Source of the DNA: Candidatus Tectimicrobiota bacterium
GTDB lineage: Bacteria > UBA8248
Assembly: GCA_016192135.1 (NCBI GenBank)
Contig: JACPUR010000040.1
Coordinates: forward strand, 3,771-67,770
DNA length: 64,000 nucleotides
Direction: 5' to 3'
Positions 46,306-56,360 of this stretch are shown here, piece after piece. Below the pieces are notes generated by a model. The model ran no database searches. It saw only the letters and a list, made by a program, of their open reading frames with translations, and was not told the DNA's origin. The translations under genes and the position numbers were made by a program. Each line of letters begins with the position of its first letter. Within the stretch, counting starts at the first letter, position 1.

Positions 46306-47220
46306 ATGTCCGAAATCCGTCTCCAGAAGATCATCTCCCAGGCCGGGGTCGCCTCCCGCCGGGAGGCCGAGCGCCTCATCTCGGAGGGCCGGGTGACGGT
46401 GAACGGGCGCGCGGTCACCGAGCTGGGGGCGAAGGCGGACCCGGGCGCGGACGCCGTCAAGGTGGACGGCAAGCTCATCACCCGCCGCGAGCCCCCCGCC
46501 TACTTCGTGATGAACAAGCCCCGCAACGTCCTCACCACCATGCGGGACGAGGAGGAGAAGGGCCGGCCCACGGTGGCGGACCTGCTGCCTCCGGGCGGGC
46601 GGCGCGTCTTCCCGGTCGGCAGGCTGGACTTCGACGCCGAGGGGGCGATCCTCTTCACGAACGACGGGGAACTCGCCCACCGCCTCACCCACCCGAGCTT
46701 TCAGGTGCCCCGCGTCTACGAGGTCAAGGTGAAGGGCGCGCCGGACGCCAAGGCGCTGGCCCGCATGGGCCGGCGCGGCGCCAGCCGCCCCCCCCGGGGC
46801 TCCGGCGCCGGGCCCGAGCCCGCCGGGGTGCGGCTCCTGCCCAGCAAGACCGAGAGCAACGCCTGGCTCCGCATCGAGCTGCGGGAGGGCCGGCATCACC
46901 ACATCAAGAAGATGTGCGAGGAGGCGGGCCACCCGGTCCTCAAGCTCACGCGCCGTTCCTTCGCGGGGGTGAAGATACTGGGGCTGGCCCCGGGCGCGGT
47001 CCGGCCCCTGACCGAGGCGGAGGTGGCCCGCCTGAAGGCCCTGATCGGGCTCGGAAGGCCCGCGCCCTCCCCCGCCCCGCGCTCCCGCGAGGGATGGGCC
47101 CTGCCCAAGTCCCGCCGCCCGGCCCGCGCCAGGGGCGCGGAGGCCGCCAAGGGCCGCGGAGATTCCAAGCCCTCCGGCAAAGGACGGCCCAGGAGCAAGG
47201 GGCGGCGCCGGGCGCCATGA
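46306..47220 (+). CDS. rluB: 23S rRNA pseudouridine synthase (RluB/RsuA family) with Lys/Arg-rich C-terminal tail
   Basis: S4 domain (RLQKIISQAGVASRREAERLI) + PseudoU_synth_2 (VGRLDFDAEGAILFTNDGELAHRLTHP). Confidence 0.85.
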   Translation: MSEIRLQKIISQAGVASRREAERLISEGRVTVNGRAVTELGAKADPGADAVKVDGKLITRREPPAYFVMNKPRNVLTTMRDEEEKGRPTVADLLPPGGRRVFPVGRLDFDAEGAILFTNDGELAHRLTHPSFQVPRVYEVKVKGAPDAKALARMGRRGASRPPRGSGAGPEPAGVRLLPSKTESNAWLRIELREGRHHHIKKMCEEAGHPVLKLTRRSFAGVKILGLAPGAVRPLTEAEVARLKALIGLGRPAPSPAPRSREGWALPKSRRPARARGAEAAKGRGDSKPSGKGRPRSKGRRRAP

Positions 47221-48134
47221 GACGCCCGGCCCTGCTCCTCGCGGCCCTGCTGGCTGCCCTTCCGGTCTTCCCCGGGGCGGCCCCGGGGAGCACCGCCCCC
47301 CCCGAGGGGGTGGCGCGCTTCGAGGTGGAGGGGGAGGCCCTCATCCTCCGGGGCAACCAGGCCGCCGCCCAGGAGCGGGCCGTCGAGAACGCCCTGCGGC
47401 GGGCGGTGCTGCGCGCCGTGCGCCAGGCGGTCGGGGAAGAGGGCCTCGCCCGCTACCGCCGCCAGATCGAGGGCTCGATCCTCGCCACCGGCCGGGATTT
47501 CATCCGCAGCTACCGAATCCTCCACATGGGGACCGACGCCGGGGGCACGAGCGTCCAGGCGCGCCTGGAGGCGTTGGTGGACTGGCCGGGCCTCGACGAG
47601 GCGCTGCGCGCCCTGCGCCTGGCCCGCCCGGCCGGAAGGGAGCAGCGCGTGCTCTTCCTGGTCGAGGAGCGCGTCCTGGGCCAGGACGGCGTCCAGGCGG
47701 CGGAGGGGGTTCCCGGCATCGCCGAGGAGCGCCTGACGCTCCCCTTCCAGGAGGCGGGCTATTCCGTCCTGCGCCCGCCCGCCCAGGGCGAAACCTTCCC
47801 GCCCTCCCAGGTGGCCGCGGCCCTCCGGGGGGAGATGGGAGCGGCCCGCCTCCTCGGCGGCCTGTGCGGCTGCCGCCTGGTGGTGACGGCCCGGGCCGTC
47901 TCGGAGCGCGAGCGGAACGGAGCGCTGGTGGCCCTCGCCAACGGGCGCATCATCCGGGTCGAGGACGGCGCCGTCATCGCCATCCGCTCCTACCAGGTGC
48001 GCCTGCCGCCCGGCCGGGCCCGCAGCCACGAGGCCGCCCTCGCGGCGGCGGCGGGCCAGCTCGCGACCCAGCTCCTCGCGGAGGCGCGGCGGGCCGTGCC
48101 GCCTCCGCCGCCCGCGGCCAAGGCAAACCCATGA
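47217..48134 (+). CDS. Secreted hypothetical protein (signal peptide)
   Basis: MRRPALLLAALLAALPVFPGAAPG; ATGA overlap with rluB stop. Confidence 0.6.
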   Translation: MRRPALLLAALLAALPVFPGAAPGSTAPPEGVARFEVEGEALILRGNQAAAQERAVENALRRAVLRAVRQAVGEEGLARYRRQIEGSILATGRDFIRSYRILHMGTDAGGTSVQARLEALVDWPGLDEALRALRLARPAGREQRVLFLVEERVLGQDGVQAAEGVPGIAEERLTLPFQEAGYSVLRPPAQGETFPPSQVAAALRGEMGAARLLGGLCGCRLVVTARAVSERERNGALVALANGRIIRVEDGAVIAIRSYQVRLPPGRARSHEAALAAAAGQLATQLLAEARRAVPPPPPAAKANP

Positions 48135-48194
48135 GGGAAGCTGTGCTATGATCACGGCTCCGGCGGAAGGACCGGCTTCGCCGAGGGGGAGACC

Positions 48195-48773
48195 GTGCGC
48201 CTGAGTGTATCGTTGCCTCCATCGCTCACGCTGGCGACGAAGATCACCCTCGGCCGGGTGCTGCTCGTCCCCCTCTTCGCCATCTCGCTGGCCTACCACC
48301 GGCACGGGTGGGCGCTCTTCCTGTTCCTCCTGGCCAGCCTGGCCGACACGGTGGACGGCCACCTCGCCCGCCGCCGGGGCGAGATGACCTCGCTGGGGGC
48401 CCTGCTGGACCCGATCGCCGACAAGCTGCTGATGGTGACGGCCTACGTCCTGCTGGGCGTCTCCGGGGAGGTCCCCGCCTGGCTGGCCGTCCTGGTGGTG
48501 TCCCGGGACGTGCTCCTGTGCCTGGGATGCATGGTGCTCTTCATGACCTCGGGCTTCGCCGCGCCGGCCCCGTCCTACCTGGGGAAGACGACCACCGCCC
48601 TTCAGATGCTGGCCATCCTCGCCGCCCTCGCGGCGAGCGCCGCCGGAGCGGGCGGGGGGGCGTGGCTCGCCGCCCTGTTCGCGCTGACGGGGGCCCTCAC
48701 GGCGGCTTCGGGGATTCACTACTTGTTCTTCGTGGGAGCGCGGAACGCCGCCCCGCCGGAAGGGAACCGCTAG
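48195..48773 (+). CDS. pgsA: CDP-diacylglycerol--glycerol-3-phosphate 3-phosphatidyltransferase (CDP-alcohol phosphatidyltransferase family)
   Basis: DxxDGxxAR...G...D...D motif (DTVDGHLARRRGEMTSLGALLDPIADK). Confidence 0.85.
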   Translation: MRLSVSLPPSLTLATKITLGRVLLVPLFAISLAYHRHGWALFLFLLASLADTVDGHLARRRGEMTSLGALLDPIADKLLMVTAYVLLGVSGEVPAWLAVLVVSRDVLLCLGCMVLFMTSGFAAPAPSYLGKTTTALQMLAILAALAASAAGAGGGAWLAALFALTGALTAASGIHYLFFVGARNAAPPEGNR

Positions 48774-48808
48774 GACCCGCCGCGCCGGGACGCCCTGAGG
48801 ATCGCGCC

Positions 48809-49903
48809 TTGAACGGGACGCACGGAAACGAGACCTCCGTCCTCCTGACCTGGAAGCGGATCTGGCTCATCCTCATCCTGATCGGCGTCATCTGGATGCT
48901 GATGAACGCGCGGGCCGCGCTGACCCCCCTGATCATCTCCTTCATCCTGGCCTACATCCTGCACCCACTGGTGGACATCCTGGAGCGCCGGCGGATTCCG
49001 CGGACGGCGGCCGTCCTCATCCTGCTGCTGGCGGTGGCGCTCGTCATCTTCGTCCTCTGGGTCAGCATCGCGCCGCTGGTGGAACGGCAGTTCTCAGCCT
49101 TCGCCCAGCGCATGCCGGGTTACATCAAGGTGGCGGAGAGCTGGGTGGAGCGCATGGTGCAGCGCTTCCAGCTCGTCCCCGCGGAGGACGTCCGCCGGTT
49201 CATCACCCAGAACCTCTCCTCCCTGGGCCGGCTGCCCCTGGAGGCGCTCCAGGCGGGCGGGAACTTCCTCCTCCAGACGACGCGCGGCATCGTGTCGCTC
49301 GTCCTGGGCGCCGCCTACCTGGCGCTCATCCCGGTGATGACGTTCTACCTCCTCCGGGACATGAACAAGCTCTCCGGGATGCTCTTCACCTACATCCATC
49401 CCGCCTTCCAGCCCGAGGTCCGGAAGCGGCTCGACCGGCTGGACGAGCTGCTCGGCTCCTTCATCAAGGGACAGCTCACGGTGGGGGTCATCCTCTCCGT
49501 TCTCTACGTCGCCGGCTTCTATCTCGTGGGCCTCCCCCTCTGGCTGGTGCTGGGACTGATAACGGGCATCGTCTCGATGTTCCCCTACGTCGAATGGATC
49601 GTGGCCCTTCCCCTGGCCATAGGCCTCGCCGCGCTCGCCTACCAGGATTGGCTCCATCCCCTGGCGGTACTGGCGGTCTTCGGCGTCGTCTCGCCGGTCG
49701 GCGGGATGTTCATCGTCCCCCGCGTGGTGGGGGACCGGGTGGGCCTGCACCCGGTGGTGGTGATCGCCTCGATCATGATCGGCGGCGAGCTGATGGGCTT
49801 CATGGGCATCCTGCTCGCCGTGCCCCTGGCCGCGGCCATCAAGGTGGGCCTCGAGGCCGTCTACGACTACTACATCGCGGACACGAAGCAGGCCGCCCCC
49901 TGA
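48809..49903 (+). CDS. AI-2E family transporter (PerM/YdiK-like); start uncertain (TTG 48809 or ATG 48896)
   Basis: 8-TM AI-2E pattern; real gene is the 3' part of the 531-aa track ORF. Confidence 0.75.
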   Translation: MNGTHGNETSVLLTWKRIWLILILIGVIWMLMNARAALTPLIISFILAYILHPLVDILERRRIPRTAAVLILLLAVALVIFVLWVSIAPLVERQFSAFAQRMPGYIKVAESWVERMVQRFQLVPAEDVRRFITQNLSSLGRLPLEALQAGGNFLLQTTRGIVSLVLGAAYLALIPVMTFYLLRDMNKLSGMLFTYIHPAFQPEVRKRLDRLDELLGSFIKGQLTVGVILSVLYVAGFYLVGLPLWLVLGLITGIVSMFPYVEWIVALPLAIGLAALAYQDWLHPLAVLAVFGVVSPVGGMFIVPRVVGDRVGLHPVVVIASIMIGGELMGFMGILLAVPLAAAIKVGLEAVYDYYIADTKQAAP

Positions 49904-49925
49904 CCCGGCGGCCGCGGAGAAGCGC

Positions 49926-50639
49926 ATGGGCCTCCTCGGCGTGAAAGCCATCGCCTTCGACGTCTTCGGCACCGTGGTGGACTGGCGCTCGAGCCTCATC
50001 CGCGAGGGGGAGGCGATGGGCCGGGCGAAGGGCATCTCCGCCGACTGGGCGGCCTTCGCCGGCGCCTGGCAGGCCGGCAAGGATCCCGCCATCGAGCGCA
50101 TCCGGCTGGGGGCGGCCCCCTGGTCCACGCTGGACGCCATCCACCGCGCGAGGCTCGACCTCCTCCTCGGCCAGTTCGGGATCTCCGGGCTCGAAGAGGA
50201 GGAGAAGGACCAGTTCAACCGCGCCTGGCACCGCCTCGCGCCCTGGCCGGACTCGGTGCCCGGCCTCCAGCGCCTCAAGCGGCACTACGCGGTCACGACC
50301 CTCTCGAACGGGAACTTCTCGGCGCTGGTGAACATGGCCAGGCACGCGGGCCTGCCCTGGGACTGCGTCATCGCGGTCGACCTCTTCGGCTGCTACAAGC
50401 CCGCCCCGGAGGTGTACCTGGGGGCGGCGGACCTCCTGGGGCTCGCCCCCGGCGAGGTGATGCTGGCGGCGGCCCACAACTACGACCTGCGCGCCGCGCA
50501 CGCCAACGGCCTCCGGACGGGCTACATCCGGCGGCCCCTCGAGTTCGGCCCCGGCCAGAAGACGGACCTCGAGCCCGATCAGACGTGGGACGTCATGGCG
50601 GAGAGCATCGAGGAACTGGCGGAGAAAATGGGAGCGTAG
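49926..50639 (+). CDS. HAD-superfamily hydrolase, haloacid dehalogenase type II-like
   Basis: Motif I FDVFGTVVDW; later S/T and K...D motifs. Confidence 0.75.
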   Translation: MGLLGVKAIAFDVFGTVVDWRSSLIREGEAMGRAKGISADWAAFAGAWQAGKDPAIERIRLGAAPWSTLDAIHRARLDLLLGQFGISGLEEEEKDQFNRAWHRLAPWPDSVPGLQRLKRHYAVTTLSNGNFSALVNMARHAGLPWDCVIAVDLFGCYKPAPEVYLGAADLLGLAPGEVMLAAAHNYDLRAAHANGLRTGYIRRPLEFGPGQKTDLEPDQTWDVMAESIEELAEKMGA

Positions 50640-50642
50640 CCC

Positions 50643-51125
50643 CTACGACGCCCCGAGGTGGGCGTTCGACTCGCGGAGCTTCTCGGACATTTCCTGCGCG
50701 ACCCCCAGCAGCACCTTGTAAGCGAGGTTGGGCGTCTTCTCGCTCATGACCGACGCGGAGATGGCGAACAGCCGCACCGGCTCCGCCGCGGCCGCCGAGG
50801 CCGTGCGGGGGATCCGCTCGAGCAGCGACATCTCGCCAAAAACGTGCCCGGGGCCCAGGCGGGCCACCTCGCGATCCTGGATGGTGATGGACACCTCCCC
50901 CGAGATCACCAGGTAGAAATCCTTGGCGCTTTCTCCCTGCCGGAAGATGGACTGGCCCTTCTCGAACGCCACTTGCTTGCACAGCCGGAGGAAGGCGGCG
51001 ATCTCCTCTCCGGTCATTTCGGAAAAAAAGTGATAGTTCATTTGGAGCTTCTGGACGAGGTGGCGCTGGACGTCCGTCAGTTCGTGGGGCTGCATGTCCC
51101 AATGCCCGGGAACGCCCATGCCCAT
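50643..51125 (-). CDS. Standalone cyclic-nucleotide-binding domain protein (second copy)
   Basis: FGEMSLLERIPRTASAAA cNMP signature; GGAGGG RBS. Confidence 0.7.
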   Translation of the reverse strand: MGMGVPGHWDMQPHELTDVQRHLVQKLQMNYHFFSEMTGEEIAAFLRLCKQVAFEKGQSIFRQGESAKDFYLVISGEVSITIQDREVARLGPGHVFGEMSLLERIPRTASAAAAEPVRLFAISASVMSEKTPNLAYKVLLGVAQEMSEKLRESNAHLGAS

Positions 51126-51144
51126 CCAACCCTCCGCCGAAACG

Positions 51145-51669
51145 CTAACTCGGCACCTCCACCCCCCGGTCCACCGCCCGCGCCATCAGGAACAGGAGGT
51201 CCGAGAGCCGGTTGAGGTAGATGAGGAGGTCCGGGTTCTCGAGGTAGCCCTCGTCCCGCAGGCGCACCGCCCAGCGCTCGGCGCGGCGGAGGATGGTGAG
51301 GCCCAGGTCCAGCGCGGCCCCGCCCGCGGATTCCCCCGAGATGTACCAGTCCGTGAGCTTGATCGCCTCCTCGTAGCGGGCGATCTCGGCCTCCGCCCAG
51401 GCCACGAGGGCGGGCCCCACCCGCTCCTTCAGGCGGGGCGCCTTGCCCCGCTGGGTGGCGAGCTCGCTGCTGGCCACAAAAAGGTCCTTCTGGATCTTGA
51501 GGATGGCGGGCTTGAGCCACTCGGGGGCGAGGGCGCGCCCGAGGCCGAGCGCCGCCTGGGCCTCGTAGACGGCGCCGTAGGCCTCGACCTGGGGGTGGTA
51601 CTTGGGGACGCGGTCGGCGAACCAGAGGTCGGTGTTGCCGTCGTCGCCGCGCTTGGTGACGAGGGACAT
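51145..51669 (-). CDS. PduO-type ATP:cob(I)alamin adenosyltransferase
   Basis: TKRGDDGNTDL...RVEAYGAVYEAQAALG Cob_adeno_trans pattern. Confidence 0.8.
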   Translation of the reverse strand: MSLVTKRGDDGNTDLWFADRVPKYHPQVEAYGAVYEAQAALGLGRALAPEWLKPAILKIQKDLFVASSELATQRGKAPRLKERVGPALVAWAEAEIARYEEAIKLTDWYISGESAGGAALDLGLTILRRAERWAVRLRDEGYLENPDLLIYLNRLSDLLFLMARAVDRGVEVPS

Positions 51670-51711
51670 GGGCGGGTTCCTCCTGGGCGGCCCCCGCGGG
51701 CGCCGGAGCGC

Positions 51712-52773
51712 CTACAGCCGCCGGATGATGTCGGCGGTGGCCTCCTTGGTGGTGGCCGTGCCGCCGAGGTCCCGGGTGCGGTTGCCCTGGGCCAGGTGGC
51801 CGCGCACGGCCCGCTCGAGGCGCCGGGCGGCGCGCTCCTCGCCGAGGTAGTCCAGCATCAGCCCGGCCGAGAGGACGGCCGCGACGGGGTTGGCGATGCC
51901 CTTCCCCATGATGTCGGGGGCGGAGCCGTGGACGGGCTCGAACATGCCGGGGGCGGTGCGGGCGGGGTTGGTGTTGGCGCTGGCGGCGACGCCCAGGCCC
52001 CCCACGATGGCCGCGCCCAGGTCGGTGAGGATGTCGGCGAAGAGGTTGGTCGAGACCACCACGTCGAAGCGGCCGGGGCGGCGGACGAACTCCAGCGCGG
52101 CGGCGTCCACGAGGTACTTGGCGGTCTTCACCTTCTTGTAGCGCGGGCGCGCGGCCACCTCGGCGAACACCTCGTCCCAGAGCACCAGGGTGTGGCCCTG
52201 GGCGTTGGACTTGGTGACGTTGGTGACGTGCTTCCCGCGCTTGAGGGAGGCCTCGAAGGCGGCGGCGATGATGCGCTCGCAGCCCCGCCGGGTGAACAGC
52301 GCCACCTGGGCGGCCACCTCCCCGGGGAAGCCCTGGTAGTGGCGGCCGCCGATGGGGCTGTACTCGCCCTCGGTGTTCTCGCGGAAGAAGAGCATGTCGA
52401 TGTCGCCCGGGCCGCAGCCCTTGAGGGGGGACTCGAGCCCCTCGTAGAGGACGATGGGCCGGGCGTTGATGTAGAGGTCGAAACCCCGGCGGATGGGCAG
52501 GAGGAGCTGGTTCAGGGTGATGTGGTCGGGGATGTCGGGCCGGCCCACGGCGCCGAGCAGGATGGCGTCGAAGGGGCGGAGGCGCTCGAGATAGTCCTCC
52601 GGGCACATGCGGCCCTTGGCGTGGTAGTAGTCGCTCCCCCACGGGAAGGACGCGAAGCCGAACGAGAGCCCCCGCTCGCTCCGGGCGAGCGAGCGCAGGA
52701 CGCGCACCGCCTCGCCCACGACCTCGGGCCCGATTCCGTCTCCGGGTACCAGCGCGATCCGATGCTTGGCCAT
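51712..52773 (-). CDS. Tartrate/3-isopropylmalate dehydrogenase family (TtuC-like)
   Basis: IALVPGDGIGPEV N-terminus; NLFADILTDLGAAIVGGLG; 353 aa. Confidence 0.85.
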   Translation of the reverse strand: MAKHRIALVPGDGIGPEVVGEAVRVLRSLARSERGLSFGFASFPWGSDYYHAKGRMCPEDYLERLRPFDAILLGAVGRPDIPDHITLNQLLLPIRRGFDLYINARPIVLYEGLESPLKGCGPGDIDMLFFRENTEGEYSPIGGRHYQGFPGEVAAQVALFTRRGCERIIAAAFEASLKRGKHVTNVTKSNAQGHTLVLWDEVFAEVAARPRYKKVKTAKYLVDAAALEFVRRPGRFDVVVSTNLFADILTDLGAAIVGGLGVAASANTNPARTAPGMFEPVHGSAPDIMGKGIANPVAAVLSAGLMLDYLGEERAARRLERAVRGHLAQGNRTRDLGGTATTKEATADIIRRL

Positions 52774-52807
52774 GCCACCTCCGAGGATGCCCGCCGGGGG
52801 GCGGGGA

Positions 52808-54379
52808 TCAGAAACCCTGCGACACCAGGTACTCCACCGGATTGTAGTCGTCGGTGAGGACGGGCCCGTAGGCGCCCGGCAGGGGAGGCGCCACCCGCGA
52901 GCCCGCGATGAAGGCGAGCTGCGGATCGGCCTCGAGCCGGCCCATGAGGGAGAGGAAGCGGCCTTCCTCCCGGTCGCGGAAGGCGAAGAAGAGCACGTTC
53001 TGCGCCGCGCCGGGCAGGGCCGGATCGGTGCTGAACACCCAGACGTCCGGGAAGACCGAGGCGAGGGTGCGGTAGACCGATGCGTAGAGCACCCCGCCGG
53101 GGCCGGAGCGGTGGGCGATGAGATTCATCAGGAAGGCGCCGCCCGGCGCCAGCTTGCCCCGCACCTCCTCGAAGAACTCCCGGGTCACCAGATGGGGCGG
53201 GATGTTCCTGAGCCCCCGGTAGGCGTCTCCCACGATGAAGTCCCATTGGCCGCCGGTCTCGCGCAGCACGCGCCGGCCGTCCCCCGGGAGGACGCGGACC
53301 TTGGGATAACGGTCCAGGTGGAAGAACCTGCGCCCCGCCTGGATCACGTCGGGGTCGAGCTCGGCCACGGTGATGTCGACTGCGGGGCGCGAGAGATGGA
53401 GGGCCTTGGGCATGGTGAACCCCCCGCCCCCCAGGAAGAAGGCGCTCCGCATCTCCGGCAGCGCGACCCTCCCCAGGGCGAGGAACCGGGAATAGCGGAA
53501 GTGCAGGGCGCGGTCGTCGCCCGCCACCATCGCGGCCTCCGGCTGGGAGTCGAGGTAGAGCTCGAACACCTGGCGCCCGCCGTCCTCCCAGTTCTGGATG
53601 CGGATGGTGTGGTACATGTTCTCCTGGAAGTGGATGGTCTGCGGCAGCCTGCCGGGCGGCCGCCCCGCCCAGGCGGCTCCGGCCGCGAGGCAGACGGCGG
53701 CCAGCAGGGCGGCTCCCTGCACCGCCTTGAGGCCCGGGCCGGCGCCGTGCCCGCGGGTCAGCCAGAGCCCGGCCCCTCCCGCCAGGGCCAGGGCCACCGA
53801 AGTCGCCAGAAAGATCGAGTTCAGCCCAAAGGCCGGGATGAAGAAGAAGCCGGTGGCGAAGGTGCCCGCGATGCTCCCCACCGTGGACCAGGTGAAGAGA
53901 TCCCCCGTCACCGTGCCGATGAGGCGCTCGTCGCTCGCCTTGAGCTTGACGGCGTAGGGGGTGAGGATGGCCAGGATGAAGCTCGGGGCCACGAAGAGGA
54001 GGATGCCCGCGAAGATGGGGCCCGAGCGCAGGCTCAGCCCCCGCTCGAGGACGGGCATGAGGACCGCCCGCAGGAAGGGCACCAGCGCCACCAGGGCCGC
54101 GCCGATGATCATGAGGAGGAAGAACATGCGGAACGAGGGGGCGCGGTCGGCCAGGCGCCCCCCGGCCGAGTAGCCCAGGCTCAGGGCGGCGAGGATGATG
54201 CCGATCATGCTCGTCCAGGTGAAGAGCGTGTTGCCGAAATGGGGGGCCAGCACCCGGCCCGCCGCGATCTCAAGAATGAGGATGGAGCCTCCCGAGAGGA
54301 ACACGCAGATGTAGAGATACCATGTTTCCCATCCGGCCGCCGCGTCCTCGCGGGCCGCGGCGGGCGCTCGCCTGGCCAT
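52808..54379 (-). CDS. Membrane-anchored spermidine-synthase-family protein (N-terminal ~7-TM domain fused to aminopropyltransferase fold)
   Basis: C-terminal PABS-like (FFLGGGGFTMPKAL...ELDPDVI...DFIVGDAY). Confidence 0.7.
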   Translation of the reverse strand: MARRAPAAAREDAAAGWETWYLYICVFLSGGSILILEIAAGRVLAPHFGNTLFTWTSMIGIILAALSLGYSAGGRLADRAPSFRMFFLLMIIGAALVALVPFLRAVLMPVLERGLSLRSGPIFAGILLFVAPSFILAILTPYAVKLKASDERLIGTVTGDLFTWSTVGSIAGTFATGFFFIPAFGLNSIFLATSVALALAGGAGLWLTRGHGAGPGLKAVQGAALLAAVCLAAGAAWAGRPPGRLPQTIHFQENMYHTIRIQNWEDGGRQVFELYLDSQPEAAMVAGDDRALHFRYSRFLALGRVALPEMRSAFFLGGGGFTMPKALHLSRPAVDITVAELDPDVIQAGRRFFHLDRYPKVRVLPGDGRRVLRETGGQWDFIVGDAYRGLRNIPPHLVTREFFEEVRGKLAPGGAFLMNLIAHRSGPGGVLYASVYRTLASVFPDVWVFSTDPALPGAAQNVLFFAFRDREEGRFLSLMGRLEADPQLAFIAGSRVAPPLPGAYGPVLTDDYNPVEYLVSQGF

Positions 54380-54465
54380 TCGGACCTCCCCGGGTAAGAG
54401 ACGCCCCTCACTCTAGGTCAGCGCAACCGGGGGGGCAACCGCCGCGGCGCGGCGGGCGGGTTTCG

Positions 54466-54494
54466 TTGACCCCCTCCCGGCCATCTCCTATACT
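54466..54494 (+). promoter_or_regulatory. Putative sigma70 promoter (-35 TTGACC, 17 nt, -10 TATACT) for SBP-scoAB-FIST unit
   Basis: Near-consensus hexamers; ~110-nt structured leader. Confidence 0.45.
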
Positions 54495-54613
54495 CACCCC
54501 AATTCAAGACCCAAGAGACGGGTCCGCGCCGGAATCGGTTCCGGGAGGACCCACGCCTTATGAGGGGCGGCCGCCACGCGGAGGCCCCGGGAAATCCTGT
54601 CATGGAGGGAATC

Positions 54614-56203
54614 ATGCGACGGATCTTTTTCTCCATAGCCGTATGCGCCGTACTCGTGTCGGCCCTGGGCGCCCCGCCCCGCGCCGGAGCCGCCAAGAAG
54701 GGGGGGACGCTCCGCATCGCCATGGAGGGAAACATCCCCCACATGGACGGGACCGTGGTGCTCGGCCTGCCGATCAAGTTCTACCGCGAGATCTCAGGCT
54801 CGAGCCTCGTCATGGTCAACGAGAAGTACGAGATCGTGGGCGACCTGGCCCACAAGTGGGAGTTCTCGGACGAAGGGCGGGTTATCACCTTCCATCTGAG
54901 GCCCGGGGCGAAGTTCCACGACGGCACCCCGCTCGACGCCGAGGCCGTGAAGTGGAACTTCGACCTCATCAACGGCCGGCTCGAGACGGACTGGATGAAG
55001 GAGGAGAAGAAGAAGAACCCCAAGTTCAAGTTCAACTCGAGCTATAACCTCTATCTTTACCAGGTGAAGAAGGTGGAGGTGGTGGACAAGCACACCGTGC
55101 GGCTCCACCAGCAGGACCTGGGCAAGGGCATGACGCTCCCCGCCCTCGCCGGCTACTTCACCCGCATAACCTTCGTTTCGCCCACGGCCTACAACCGCGA
55201 CTACGACAAGTTCAAGCGGCTGCCGGTCTACAGCGGGCCCTTCAAGATCACCGAGTACAAACACAACCAGCTCGTGGTGATGGAGCGGTTCAAGGACTAT
55301 TACATCAAGGATCGCCCCCATCTCGACCGCATCGAGATCTACTACATGCCGGACGCCAACCAGCGCCTGAACGCCCTGCGCGCCGGCCAGATCGACATGA
55401 TCTTCAGCGTGCCCCTCTCCCTGGTGGCCACCCTCGAGAAGACCCCCGGCGTGAAGCTCCACACCGGCCGGACGGCGACCACCATGGGGATCCCCATCAA
55501 CAACCAGCGCGGCCCCTTCAAGGACGTCCGCGTGCGCAAGGCGCTCGGCTGCCACGGCATCGACCGCGCCCTCATCGTGCGCACCGCCCTCCGCGGGCTG
55601 TCTGAGCCGTGGGCCTCCTTCTCCGGCCCGGGCGCCCGGGACGCCATCGACCTGACGGCGGAGTGCCGCTTCGACCCGGCGAAGGTCAAGTCCCTCCTCG
55701 CCGAGGCGGGCTACGGCCCCCAGAAACCCTTCAAGTTCCAGATGCCCATCATCAACTCCGACCCCACCTACGCCGAGATCGCCCAGATCATGAAGACCAC
55801 CTACGGACAGATGGGGATCCAGATGGACATCCAGGTCCTCGATCGGGCCACGTGGGTGAACCTCTTCGTCCTGCGGCGGGTGGCCGACATGACCATCCAG
55901 GACACTTTGCCCACCTTCGACTTCAACTCGGCCAGCCACACCTTCTACTCCAAGACCTTCCTCGACTACTACATGATGAAGGACCCGAAGGTGGACGCCA
56001 TGGTCGAGGAATGGCGCTCCACCATCGATCCGAAGAAGCAGATCGAGATCAGCCACCGCCTCCAGCGCTACATCGTGGATCAGGGCTACTACCCCTCGGT
56101 GGCGGGCTCCCCCTTCATCCAGGCGACCCGGGACTACGTGAAGGACTTCGCCTTCCGCAACAAGATCATCTTCACCCTCAGGGACACCTGGCTGGACAAA
56201 TAG
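54614..56203 (+). CDS. Orphan ABC-type substrate-binding protein, family 5
   Basis: Signal peptide + SBP_bac_5-like; GGAGGG RBS; no permease genes adjacent. Confidence 0.85.
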   Translation: MRRIFFSIAVCAVLVSALGAPPRAGAAKKGGTLRIAMEGNIPHMDGTVVLGLPIKFYREISGSSLVMVNEKYEIVGDLAHKWEFSDEGRVITFHLRPGAKFHDGTPLDAEAVKWNFDLINGRLETDWMKEEKKKNPKFKFNSSYNLYLYQVKKVEVVDKHTVRLHQQDLGKGMTLPALAGYFTRITFVSPTAYNRDYDKFKRLPVYSGPFKITEYKHNQLVVMERFKDYYIKDRPHLDRIEIYYMPDANQRLNALRAGQIDMIFSVPLSLVATLEKTPGVKLHTGRTATTMGIPINNQRGPFKDVRVRKALGCHGIDRALIVRTALRGLSEPWASFSGPGARDAIDLTAECRFDPAKVKSLLAEAGYGPQKPFKFQMPIINSDPTYAEIAQIMKTTYGQMGIQMDIQVLDRATWVNLFVLRRVADMTIQDTLPTFDFNSASHTFYSKTFLDYYMMKDPKVDAMVEEWRSTIDPKKQIEISHRLQRYIVDQGYYPSVAGSPFIQATRDYVKDFAFRNKIIFTLRDTWLDK

Positions 56204-56218
56204 GAAGGCCTACGGCAT

Positions 56219-56256
56219 CACGCCCCCACCCCCTTGGCAAGGGGGGTGGGGGCGTG
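56219..56256 (+). terminator. GC-rich perfect hairpin CACGCCCCCACCCC-cttggcaagg-GGGGTGGGGGCGTG after SBP gene (no U-tract)
   Basis: 14-bp perfect stem read directly. Confidence 0.4.
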
Positions 56257-56360
56257 AATTTTCCCCGCGATGGCCCCGCCGGCCGCGCCCCGCGCCCGCC
56301 TGGATTTTTCGGCTCCGATCCCGCATAAATCCCGGAGGAGCCCCCTTCGAGGAGCCCGCC

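Noticed and set aside
50631-50650. Partial CCCCTAC half-site (GTAGCCCCTACGACGCCCC) as another REP copy
   Set aside because: Only one arm is present; no complementary partner within 40 nt
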